Positions 38,572-50,400 of a stretch of DNA of 64,000 bases are shown here, piece after piece. Source of the stretch: Protoeuglena noctilucae (Eukaryota); NCBI GenBank assembly GCA_958009085.1, contig OY253674.1, forward strand, positions 806,001 through 870,000, written 5' to 3'. Position 1 is the stretch's first letter. Every line of letters starts with the position of its first letter. The notes below the pieces were generated by a model, which was given only the letters and a program-made list of their open reading frames with translations, was not told the origin of the DNA and searched no databases. The position numbers and the translations under genes were made by a program.

Positions 38572-39040
38572 GCTCCGGACGCTCAGCATTGTCATGGCAT
38601 GGCTTGCCACGCGAGCAAGCTTGGGGCAGCGCACCCCCTCACGTGGAGACGCCACGTTCGCTCGCACCGTGGGTGTTGCCGTTGGGCGCCTGGCGCTTTG
38701 CTAGCTGACGAGGACAGCACGTTCCCAGTTCAAAGAGCAGAACGACGAACCACTTCGACCCCCATGGGTCGTGACCTGCCCGGCCACTCGTGGGCCATGG
38801 CAACTAGCGGAAAACGTGACACCTTCTCGCCTATGCAAGGCGTTAGGGACAGGGTGAGGGGGGGAGCACGGCGCACGGCAAAACGGCGATCACACGGCCC
38901 TGCGGGGCTCGCCGCGGATCGTCAGCGCGCGTGGGGCGCAGAGCAGAAAAATGGGCAGGAACCGACTGCACGAGTCCATGGCTCCGCGGAATGAATGGCG
39001 GATGGCCGTGCCTAGAGGACGCTGACGCGGGAAAACTAAC

Positions 39041-40135
39041 TTACTCGCTGACGGGACAGTCTAGCGTGTTGGCTGACAGCCGGACGAGGCATGATGGGGG
39101 GTGGGGGAGGTGGCAAGGGGTCCTGCAGTCCAGCATTCCGTATTTCAGTGCTTCGCGAAGAGTCCGCCGTCCTGCCTCTCCTCTCGCTGCGAACGCGGCC
39201 ACGCAGACCGTTGAGGGCAGCGGAGGGGCAGCGACTGCATGACGCAGGCGGGCCGAGCGTCGCGGCCAGCGCCAGCCCCGCAGCCTGTCACCTCGGTGGA
39301 CGCCAGTGCGTGCTTGCGTTGCATATGGATGGCGCTGAGAGCGTGGAGTTTCGACCGGAGGGGCGAGTCGGCGGACGAGCCCGCAGCCTGCCCTCCCCCA
39401 AGCTCGACGTGCTCCGGAATGGCGGGCATCGCGGTGGAGCGGTTGCCGGAGCGCGAGCGTTTCAAGGAGCTCTGCCGTGCCACCACTGCGTGGGCCGGGG
39501 CGGGCGGTCGTCGCTGCGGCGGACGCAGCAAAGCCGGCGGTCGCTGAGAGATGCTGTGTAACTCTCCACTCACTTGGCACTGACATAAACACCGCGGACT
39601 GGGTCGAACAGAGCGGGGGGCTGTCCTGTTCCATGCGGGTCGTGTCCAGCGCGTCCGACACACGCGAGGACGCCCAGCTGTCCTCGTCGCTCGAGTCCTG
39701 CGTGGGACTTTGTCCGGCAATGAGAGGTCCGGACGGCAAGGAGCAGCGCGGGGCAGTACGGGGCCCTAGATGCGCCGCGCAGGCGCGCCGGGCGCGGCGA
39801 GAGTGCGCAAGGGGGCAAACACGCCCCGGATCCCGAGAGAGCCTTTCCAGACGCCCGCCTCCGCGCCCCCTCACCTCCCGAGCCTTGTTGTTCGTGAACC
39901 ACTTCCTGGGGGCAGAACCGAGGCGGCATGACCGTGGGAGCGGCAGAACCGAAGCCTGGGGAGCAGGCGAAGGCGCGGGCGACACCGGCCCAGTAGCGCG
40001 TGAAAAACGAACAGCGTTATTCCCCAAGCGGGCGGACTAGGCGGCTCGAGCGGTATCCGGGCATGACGCAGGCTCGCACTTTTTGCGGCCCCCTGCGTCG
40101 CCCCGGACGCCCCGGCGGCCGGTTGAACCAACCAT
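39041..40135 (-). CDS. Hypothetical protein (start and exon structure uncertain)
   Basis: Splice-compatible exons ...RKWFTNNKARE|DSSDEDSW..., SSLKRSRS..., LHALSAIH..., EALKYGMLDC; no family recognised. Confidence 0.35.
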
Positions 40136-40682
40136 GCGGTTCGATATCGCATTTCTACCAGCTAGCAACAAAAGAGAGGCCGGATGGGGCACGCGCGGCG
40201 AAAAAGTTACCCCAGCGAAAGCGCTCACCAGTCGCGCCATGACCGCAGCATGTTGTGCTAGACGCAACCGCTGTCTTTTGTCCGATCTTGTGTACCAGGG
40301 CCCCGCGAGGCTGGCTTGGCGCTCCTCCCGAGCGAGATTCTCGAGGCACAGCCTGCTAGCGAGCCTGGCGGAGGCTCGGACCGGCTCAGGCGACTCACGG
40401 ACAGCGTATGGTGCAGCTCCTGGTCAGCCTCTTGTGGGAAATCGGAAAAATATCTCGGACGCCAGAAACGGATATCTTGCAACTTCAAACGCAGCTTTCT
40501 TGTGCTTTCCGCAATGCAACACGGGTCTGCCTCGTGGGCACTGCGCATGTAAACCCCCAGGACTCGCAGACCCCCCCATGCGCCACTACCGTAGCCACGG
40601 CCGCCGAGATCTCACTGCGGGGGCGCCAGGCGAGATCCCATCGCGATAGGACACCAACGACCCGCCGACAGACCATCCAGGG

Positions 40683-42697
40683 TCACCGCAGGCAACTGCA
40701 GCCCGGCGTCCCCACCCCGCGACTCGCCTTGGCCTTCACGACCGTCGTCCACCCGTCGTCCTCCTCCGCCGCGCCTGCCTTGGGCGCCTTCGGGCCGCCG
40801 TCCCTCTTCGCCGGCGGCGCTGCGCCCGCGCCCTCCCGCCTCGGCGCGTCCACGCGCTTCCGCTCCGCGGCAGCGCCCTCCTTGCGGTCCCCCGCACCCC
40901 GGCCCCCCGCCTCGCGCCGCCAAGACCCCTCCCCCGCGCCGCGCCGCGGGCCCTCCGCCTCCTTGCCCTTCTCCTTATCCTTGAACTCCGTGTGGCCCCA
41001 CCGGTCGCCGTCCCCCTTCGGGGAGCCTCCCCGCGGCGGGCCCGCGGTGCGCGCCTCCTGCCCCGGGCGGAACTCGGAGCCCCACTTGTCGTCCTTGTCG
41101 CCGCGGGGCGGTGACCGCTGCCGCGGCGGCGCCTGCGCCGGCGCCGAGGGCTTAAACCCCGAGCCCCAGCGCTCTGCGCTGTCCTCCGGGGTGTGGTGCT
41201 CCGGGAAGCCCCGGCGCTCGCGGCCTCTGCGGGAAGGGGCGGGGGCGGTCCAGCTTGCTCCCGGCCGTGCCGCATGGACCCCGCGCGGACTGCCACGACG
41301 CGCACGGCAGCCCCGCACAGCGCAGCTCAGGTGCCCTCATCAATTGCTCCGCTCCCAGCAGCCCCTCACGTGGGCTCCGTGAAGGGCCGGGGGCCCTCCG
41401 ACACGCGGTCGCGTCCCCAGTTGTCCGACACGTCTGCGCGGCCGTCCGAGGCCAGGCCCGGTCGCCGGTCACCCTTGGCGTCCGCCTTGACCTCCCCCGG
41501 CACGAACTCCTTGTCGCGCTTCCAGTCGTCGACGTCGTCCGCCCTCGGGAGTCCCGCGTCCGCGAACGCCGGGCGCCGCGCCGGCTCCGCCGACGGCTTC
41601 CAGTCCTTGTCGCGCTTCCAGTCGTCCACGTCGTCCGCCCTCTGCAGGCCCGCGTCCGCGAAGGCCGGGCGGCGCACGGGCTCCGTGGACGGCTTCCAGT
41701 CCTTGGCGCGGCTCCAGTCATCCACGTCGTCCGCGCGGCCCAGCGGCAAGTCCGGGCCCCGCCGGGCCAGCGGCCCTCGCCCGCCCTCTGAGGGCTTGAA
41801 CTCCCGGTCCCGGTTCCAGTCGTCCACGTCGTCCGCGCGGACCGAGCTGCCCTCGAAGCCCATGCCCCGTCCCTCCCGCCGACCGGCGAACTCCCCCGGC
41901 CGCGACGACGCGCGGAACTGCGAGTTGCCACGCCAGTCGTCGTCGTCCTCGGCGCGCCCCGCCTCTCCCAGGCTGCGAGCGAGGGCGCGGGACGCGTCGT
42001 GAGAGAGACGGCGCAGGGCGCTGTCCGCGCGACCCTCTCGCGCTGCGGGAACCTGACGAGCCACCCATCCAGGCGCCGAGCCTCACCCGTCGAAGCGCCC
42101 GCGGCGGTCGTCCCGGTCCCGGTCCCCGCGAGACATCGGGGGCCTCTCGCCGGGGGCGAGGCTGTCCCAGCCCTCCTTGTCGTCCCCGTCCTTCGCCTTG
42201 GGAGCCCTCGGGAGCTGCGAGATCAGGTCCCCCATGCCCAGCGAGGGCCCCCCACGCACGGGGGGCTGGTACGCCCCCCTCGAGGCCGTCGGCGCCGCCG
42301 TCGCCGCGAAGTCGGCCAAATCCATCGTCTTCCCCTTGCCCTTCTTGGCGCCCTTCTTGGCGTCTGCCTTGGCCCCCTTACCGCCCGCGCCCTTCTGCGC
42401 GCACGAGCGGCCAGGAAAGCGGTCGCCCCCTGCGCCGGCGGCAGCGGCAGCCACCCGACGGAGACACGGCAGGAGACAGAGAGCGCGCCGCGCACGCACC
42501 TGAGCCGCGGACCCCAGGGTGGGGAAGTCGTTGTCTCCCCCGCGCTTGGCACTAAGGGCCGGGAAGGCCGCGCTGCTGACGGGGGCAGGCTGCGGCCCCA
42601 GCCGCTCGCCCTTCATCTCCGCCTCCTCCACGTCATTCGCCCACGCGCCGCCGGCCTGGGGCAGCCCCCAAACGTTCTCCTCGGCCCACGCGGCCAT
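40683..42697 (-). CDS. eIF4B: Plant-type eukaryotic translation initiation factor 4B
   Basis: GGAWANDVEEAE, DFPTLG, KKGKGKTMDLADF, LPRAPK, repeated RADDVDDW; C-terminal EEDDGWTTV. Confidence 0.85.
41510..41955 (-). repeat. RADDVDDW motif array in eIF4B, including two near-identical 96-bp (32-aa) units
   Basis: Units at ~41510-41604 and ~41605-41700 are highly similar at the DNA level; further degenerate copies extend to ~41955. Confidence 0.85.
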
Positions 42698-43607
42698 CCT
42701 CGCGCCGTGGCCGCCTCGGCAGGCACAGGCGGACCTGCGGGGCCAGGGCCGAGCGAACGAGCGCCTCGAATTCCCGTCGTGCGCGCGAGGGGGGGTCGTG
42801 CGGGGTCCAGGAAGGCCCAACCCCCGAGCCCGGCCCCCAGCAGCCACGACACGGCCTTTTCGCGCGAGGGGGGCATCCGAACACGGAGCTCGCGGCAGCG
42901 TACGCGGCAGGGAAAAAACGGACGCGCGGATGCCGACGGCCTCGCCAAGCCAGCCGCGTGGGGCCAAAAAACCTCTGGGCAAGCGCCGCTGGGTCCCCAG
43001 GGGTCCCTGGAATGCCCCGCGATCCTCGAATTGAAACCCTTATTAGATACGACACGCTCCCGTCGCCGCAGCCCAGCCAGGGGCGCCGGACGCAGGCCGG
43101 CGCCTGGCCGCGGCCGGCGTGGGGAGGAACCGAGCCCATGACGGGCCCCATTAATGCACAGCAAGGCATTTGATCAGGTATGAATCAGGTAGAAGCGCTG
43201 GCCTGCAATTTCACCTGAAAAAGCCGGCTTGGGTTAACTCGCTGCTCGGAGCCACCAGCGATGTCCGGCGCGTCCTCAGCAATGGCGGACGGGGACGGCC
43301 GGGCTCCGGCTTTGCTTGACCCCCGGCTGCATTGCCCTTCTGACACCACCTGCTTCCCCATCTCGCCACGGCATCCAGCCAGGTCGCCTCCACAACCTCG
43401 AAGCGATCGATTGCTCGCACCGACCGCTCGCCTTCCGCGGTTCCCCGGATCCCACAGGCCGACCTGAGCCCGCCCCGCGTCGCTCGCCGCTCTCTCGGTC
43501 CGCACGCATCCCCCGACCCTGCTTTTGTGTGTTGTGCGAGCCGCGCTGACCGTCCGGGCGTCCTGGCCCTCCGACCGTCGCTCCCGCGCTCGGGGATTCA
43601 AACTTCG

Positions 43608-45011
43608 ATGGCCCCGTTCCTCACCCTCTCCGAGCTGCGGCAGCAGCTGCGGGGGATGGGACATGCGGACGCAGACGACGGCGTCATCCGGCGGCTGCTG
43701 CAAGAGATGCGCTTGGAGCACATCGTCCTCGACAACTCGCGCGTCGAGGACGAGCCGGCGCGCCCGGATCGCGCGCAGCCCTCGACGGGCGGGGCGGAGG
43801 AGAGGGCGGAGGGCTCAGGGAAGGCGTCTCGGGCACGGCGGCTCTTCGACACCTCCGGCTCGCTCTCCAGCATGAGCATCTCCGGCAGCCTCGGCGAGCG
43901 CAGCCTCAGGTGAGGGCCGGCCGAGGCCTCCCTTGCGCTTTTCTGCTGCGCACCTGTGACTTCTAGCTGCTAACGGAGGAATGCGCCTTTCCCGCCTCGC
44001 GCACAGCCATTCCTTCCGGTACAGCGACACGGACGAGGACCCGTACGACGTAGCCCAGGGCCCGGCGCGCGCCGCGAGGCAGGCGGCGACGCTGTCCCTC
44101 AACACTCGCGAGCGTCTCGCATCTCTGGCGGCGCGGGCCTCGGGACCCGGCACCAAGGACGCCCCAGGGAGCGCGGACCGGCCGGACCTGCGCAAGGCAG
44201 CGGGCAGCAAGCCCGTCGCTTCGCCCTTCCGATCCCAAGGAGCGGCGAGCCGCGTGCCCCAGCTCGCCGTCGAGGACGCCAGCCTGCTGGCGCTGTCGCC
44301 CCAGGGCCCTGGAGAGGCCCCTGCTATGCGCCCTCGCCCGCAAACGGCCGGGGTCGCGGGGCCCTCGGGCGGGGCCCGCACGTCATTCCTCGACACCTCA
44401 CGAGTCGAGACCATCCCCGGCACAAGCGTCATCCTGCCTTCCAGGTGACCTCCCGCACTGACGGCATCACCCGCCCGCGCTCGACATGGCTATGCCTGAG
44501 GCACGCCATGCTGTCTGCCGCCTTCCCCTGTGTTGCCGACCCCGGAGTCTTGCGCGGTTCCGCGGTCGCAGGGCGGCGGCCGTCGCGGCGGCGGCAGCAC
44601 CGAGGAAAGTGGACCGTGTGGCGAGGAACCAGGCGCTGTTGCAGGCGTGGGGCAAGGACCCCTTCCTGGGCCGCAACGGGCCGAGGAGCGCGAGGGCGCC
44701 GGACGCTGGGAAGCCCGCCAACGCGGGGTTCGCGAAGCACTTCAGCGTCGCACACAAGGCAAGGGTCGCGCCTGAGCTGGCCTGGGGATGGCAGCGATGT
44801 GTGAAAGAGCACAGGCGCCTGGGCACTCAGGGCGACGGCAATCCGCGACTCGCAACTGCAGGTGGAGGATGCGGTGACGCGGGATCGAAAGCGAGCGGGG
44901 GCCCGCGCCGTGCCGAGAGTCAACAACTTCCTGACGCCGGAGGAGCAGCGGAGGGACTCGCTGCGGTGGGAAGTGCGCCGCAAGACGATGGCTCCCCCGA
45001 CCGCCCGATGA
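43608..45011 (+). CDS. HYLS1: HYLS1-like centriolar/ciliogenesis protein, 4 exons
   Basis: N-terminal LSELRQQLRGMGH..DDGVIRRLL; C-terminal KVDRVARNQALLQAW and NNFLTPEEQRRDSLRWEVR resemble HYLS1_C motifs (KtDPV.RY...W; YVVPTEKKR.ALRWEIR). Confidence 0.7.
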
Positions 45012-45099
45012 GGCTGCGTTACTCGTGCCATATTCAATGCCCACGCTAGCGGCGCCCGCTTGCTTGGCTCCCGCGTGTGAACGCCGCAACGCTCGCCCA

Positions 45100-46974
45100 T
45101 CATGCCCGGCCCGGACTGGTCGTGTACTGGGAGCCCCGCGCCCTGGCGCCCAGCCCCCGCGAGAACGTCCCGGCGTCGCGGCGCGGTCTCTCCGGCCGCT
45201 GCATGACCTCGATGGCCTGCTGCCGCTTGAGCTCCTCTGCTTTCCGGTACAGACCGTCCCAGTCCACGTCAGCGCTGCCCCGGCTCCCCAGCCGCACCCG
45301 CTGCCGGCCCCGAATGATGTCCGCTTGCACATCCTGCGCATGCCGCGGCGCGACGGGCCAGGCTGTGATGGCAGCTCTAACTTCAGGCACACACACCGTC
45401 ACTGAGGCAGCCTGGCAGACGCGCCGCTGTCCGACCCACAGCCAGCGGCAAGCACCGCGCGCGCCCTCACCGTCGGCACCCACGTGAAGTCGAACCTCGC
45501 GGCCGCCTCTGCGGCCGTGGGACCCTCCTCGACGTCCATGGCGCGCTCGGACTGCGGAGTCTCTGGGTGGAACGCCTGCGAGAGGAGAGCCTGCGCCCGA
45601 TCCACGTCGCCCTGACCCAGCAGGTCCTCGATCTCCCCCGCGAAGCGCTGCGCGAGGACCCGGAAGCACTGGAACGCAGCCTTGGTCTGATTGAACGTGT
45701 GCCGCCTGCGGGCGACGATGCCACTCGTGAGTCACAAAACCCGTGCTCCTGTGAGTTTGCCTGGTACACATGCGACGCAGCCGGGCTGCGTGGCTCCGTT
45801 GCACCCTTGCTCACCGCCGCAAGACCCGCGAGCGGATGTCCTTGATCCCCGCCAGCTCCGCCATATACTTGGTGTACTGATTGCATCTGTAGCCCCGTTG
45901 GTCCAGCGACGGCCACATCTTGACGATGCACGCGCCGACCTGGGCCTCCACCGGCTCCCGGATCGTGTGCAGCATGAACTTGGGCACCTTGACCGTGTTG
46001 CGCTGCGCCCGGCGGTAGGCCCGGTCCAGGGCCTTCGGCGCCTCCGTTCCCGCGCCGTAGCCGAGACCGACGGTGTTGAGGCCGTCGCCCGTGATGACCA
46101 TCACCCCCAGGCGGTTGGCGACCCCGCCCGGCGTCATGTGCGCGGAGCGGTTCCAGCCCACGATGTACACTTTGGAGCGGCGCTTGGTGCCCGACTCAGA
46201 CTCAAGGGGGATGGGTTGGATGAACTGCCTGCGCAGGAGCCAGGCCCAGGACCGGGTTTGCTCTTGCCATCGGGGATGCCACAGTGTGCATGACGGCGTG
46301 CGCGTCTTCGGCGCGGCGATCCGCAGCGACCTCGCCTGTCCATCAAAAAGCGTCGGAGGCGCTTCCGGCGCTGCGAGTCGTTCGGGATGGCCAGAATCGC
46401 CTGCAGGGCCTTGCGGTCGCCTTCCAGGGCCTCTTCCGCTGTCGTGTCCTGGGCCACGTCCCCCGGCAGCCGTGCACGCCATTCTAGCCGGGGGTCCATG
46501 CCACGGATCTCCGGCCGTTGCACGAACGGGTTGAGCGGGTCCGACTGCAGCCGCCACGAAAGGGATGGATCCAGCCCGCGGGCGCCAGGCAGCGACGCGC
46601 GCGACGCGGACGCGCTGAGCACGCACCTGTGATATCTTGCGCGCATACTGGAGCGCCCAGTCCTCCTCCAAAATGGTCCCCGGAGCCAGAGACTTGTCGT
46701 CCTTGGGCGGCCTCTTGGTCGGCTTCCCCTCCGTCGCGAAAGGCCTGCTTGAGGCCCACATCAATGACGGATGAGTCTGAGAACTCTTGAAGCAATTCGA
46801 CGCGGCCGCATCGCGCACGTGCAGGGCGCTGGCCCACCTTGCAGACCCCGCCCCCCGCAGCAGGGGCCCTGGCCACCCTGATGCGCCGATCCGGCCGAAC
46901 GAAGACGTGGATGCCGTGAGGGAGGAAGTGACCCGCGACAGGGACAGCGCCAGCCGGAGCCTGTCCGCGGCCAT
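45100..46974 (-). CDS. Mitochondrial ribosomal protein uS5m-like
   Basis: Mito presequence (..SSRPFAT); S5 domain RSAHMTPGG..VITGDGLNTVGLGYG...ALDRA..HTI....IVKMWP...G....MAELAGIKDI..RHTFNQTKA. Confidence 0.85.
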
Positions 46975-47473
46975 GGTCGCCACCCCCCCGGTTCTCTTCG
47001 CCCGCTCGCTGCCGACCACAGACGACGACGCGATGCGAAACGCACCACCCCCACACCTTGCCAGGAGAACATGCACGACTTCTGGGCAGGAAACCCTCGC
47101 TTTGCGGCCGAAATGAGCGCCTGACATGTGTCAGAGGGTAAATGCGCTGCCGTCTCGCATTCCCCCGCCTTTGAACGCCTTGCTCGGCATAACGGTGGCG
47201 TGAGTTGTGTGGAGATACCATCGCCGGGGCCCGATTTGTCGCAGGTGGCGCGGGAGGGTGGAATCGAGCGCCGGCCCTTTCGAGGGCGTCCCTGAGCACA
47301 GCGCCAATCGGAGGGTGTCTCATTAGCTGCGTTTAGGGTTACCCACATCGCTCCAGCGCGCTGTGGATTGCCGTCGAGGCGCGGGCAGCCCGGAGCAGCT
47401 CCCGCCTCGCCCCTTGCGCCGCCGGCGCGGCGTGGCCTGACGCGGCCCGCAAGCCCAGGGGGTTTCGGGAGCC

Positions 47474-50400
47474 ATGGACCTGCGGGAGCTGGTGCATGCC
47501 CTTCAGGGCACCATGCATCCCGAGGAGGGCATCAGGAAGGCCGCGGAGGCAGCCCTCTCCAAGGTGCCGCGCCGTCGCGCGAAAAGATCCGGCGGCGTCC
47601 CTTGAATTGTCTGCCCTCGCACGGATTGCAGCTCACTCGCATGCGCCGCGGGCCTGCCGCCGTCCCTGCTGGCGGCCCTAGCCACGGCGCCCGTCTGCTG
47701 TCGTTCTACGCCTCGCCCCTCCCTCGCCGCGCAGGCCAGTTCGCTCCCCGGCTTCGTGTCTGGTCTGCTTCAGCTAACCGTGATGCCCGACACGTCCCTG
47801 GACGTGCGACAGATGGCCTCCATTCAGCTGAAAAACACCGTCATCCGGCACTGGGTGAGGAGCCCGCAGCTTAGGGCCGCCGCCATCGCGACATGGGCCC
47901 AGAGCATCGAGGAGATGACCTGCGCTAGGTGGCGACGCCAGACGCCTCCGGCTGGCCGCAGGAGATCCACAGCGACGGGACAAGCGAGCTGCCCGACGCA
48001 GACCGCGCGACGGTGCGTGCCAACATCATCCCCTGCATCATCCAGTCTCCGCACCTGGTCCGGGCACAGGTGACGTGGCCCATCGCAGGAGTTTGCTGCG
48101 CGCGCCGGCACTCTCTGCCCCAGCTCTCCTGCCTGAGGTCGAATCGCGTGACCCCAGCGTTGGACCCGCAGCTGGTTGAGACGGCGAGGGAGGTCATCAA
48201 CGAGGACTATCCTGGCCGATGGCCGGAGCTGTTGGACGTGATCGACGGGCACCTGAGCAGCGGAGACCAGGGCACCGTCCACGGCGTGCTGTTCGCGTGC
48301 CGCCTGCTGTGCCGGCGGTACGAGTTCAAGGATGAGGAGGAGAGGAGGTGCGCATGTGACACAGACGCATCCACGACTCATTCCTCCCTCGCTCGCGCTT
48401 CCCTCGATCCCTCGCTACCCTCGCGTTGCCTCACGCAAGCCCTGCGGCCTGACCCCCCCTTACTCCGACCCCACCCTCAGTGGCCTGGACGAAGTCGTTG
48501 CTCGCATCTTCCCCAAGCTACTCCTGCTCCTGCGGGAGCTCCTCTCCCAGCCCTGGGCCGCCCTGGCCCAGGCGGACATGATCAAGCTGGTCCTCAAGTC
48601 CTTCTGGAGCGCCAACTACCTGCACGTGCCCAAGCCCCTCGTGGATGCGAGCGTCTTCCTCCCCTGGCTGGAGTCGATCGTGGCTGTGATCCAGCACCCG
48701 GTGCCAGAGGGCCAGCCGGAGGACCTGGACGAACGGAAGCGGTGGTCATGGTGGAAAGTCAAGAAGTGGGCCATGCACATCGCGGGGCGATTGATCAGCA
48801 GGCTCGGGGACCAGGTGGGTGTCGGTGGGTTTGTGAGGACGGGCGTATGCGCCAGGCCAGACATGCAGGACGCCTGCGGTCCTCACCCTCACATAGCTGC
48901 ACCCGAGAGGTCCTCGCAGCGTTTGATTCGCACCTGTCCCTCGTTACCTCCGGGGGAGATGGCCCGCGATGGCCTCTGCATGACACCTTGCCGTTCTGAC
49001 ACATCTCCCTGACACCGCCGCCCCCGCAGTCTTCGCTGACTCAGGAGGAGGACCAGGCGGCTTCGGCGCTCTTCCTGGGCCAGTGCATCCTGCCCCTGAC
49101 TCAGGTGTACCTTCAGATCGCCTCGGAGCTGTCCCGTGGCACCTACATGCACCCCCGCTGCATCAGCCAGGCCATCACGTACCTGTCGGAGGCTGCCATC
49201 GTGCCCCAGTCCTACGAGGTCATGAAGCCCCACATGGAGTCGCTCGTGCTCCACGTCGTCTTCCCTCTCCTGTGCTTCTCGGATGAGGACCGGCAGCTGT
49301 GGGAGGAGGACCCCCAGGAGTACGTCAGGAAGGGGTACGACGTCATTGAAGACCTCTACTCGGAGAAGAACGCAGCCACGGTGTTCCTGGTGAGAGGTTG
49401 GAGGAGCTGTGATGGAACTGCGACTCTCACTCACTCGCTGGGGCTGTCAAGGCGACTCCTCCAAACAGGGACGGGGACCGGCAGTGTGTGTACAGGCTAG
49501 GCGGCGTGAGAGCCGTGATGCTTGCCGATGCCGTCTCTAAGCTGCGCATCGCCCTCCGTGGCATAGGAGCCCGTGAAGCTTGCCGATGCCGTCTCTAAGC
49601 AGCTGCGCGTGACCCCTGGGCTGGTCCGCAGATCGAGGTGGCGGAGAAGCGCCCCAAGGCGCACCTGGGGATGATCCTGGGCCACGTGGCACGCGTCTTC
49701 GGGGAATTCACCGCGGCGGGGTCGGGCGCGACGGAGGCGCAGGCGCGGCGGATGGACGGGGCGCTGCTGGCGGTGGGGGCGCTGGCGACTGTGCTGCGGA
49801 AGAAGAAGGCATACAAGGGCAGCATCGAGCCCATGATCCTGCAGCACGTCATGCCGTGCTTCCAAAATCCCCACGGCTTCCTCCGGTGCGCGCGCGGGAC
49901 TGGGTCTGAGGGGCTCAGCAGGACTGACACCCACGCCGCCACTTGGTGTTTTGTCGAACAACCACCACCTGCCCCCCTCCGCGCGCAGGGCCAAGGCGTG
50001 CTGGGTGGCCCACAGCTTTGCGGACGTGAGGTTCCGCGACGGCCGCGGCAAGGGGCCCACCTTCTCCGCGCTGTGCGAGAACGTCATGCGGTGCCTGGGG
50101 GACCCCGAGATGCCCGTCCGGGTGGACGCGTGCATCGCCCTCAGCGACTTCGTCGAGTGCATCGAGGACGTCCGCGTGCTGCACCCCATCCTCCCGCAGC
50201 TCCTGCAGGCGAGGATGCATGCTCGTGGCACACTGCACCTGGCCACCTGTGCTGCCCCACTGCGCTATGGGTCCTGCCTCTTCGCCCCCGCGCAACCCCG
50301 CGCCTGCGTTCCCGCAGTCGATCTTCGCGCTGATGGCCGAGGTGGAGCACGAGGAGTTGGTAACGACCCTTGAAACGATCGTGGAGCGCTTGGGATCCGC

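Noticed and set aside
39875..39912. KWFTNNKAR resembles homeodomain helix 3 (WFxNxR)
   Set aside because: No upstream exon with helix 1-2 residues was found in any frame; a short chance match.
40134..40160. T-arm-like hairpin TGCGG-TTCGATA-TCGCA followed by ...ACCA
   Set aside because: No acceptor stem, D-arm or anticodon arm, and the G53-C61 pair is missing; not a tRNA.
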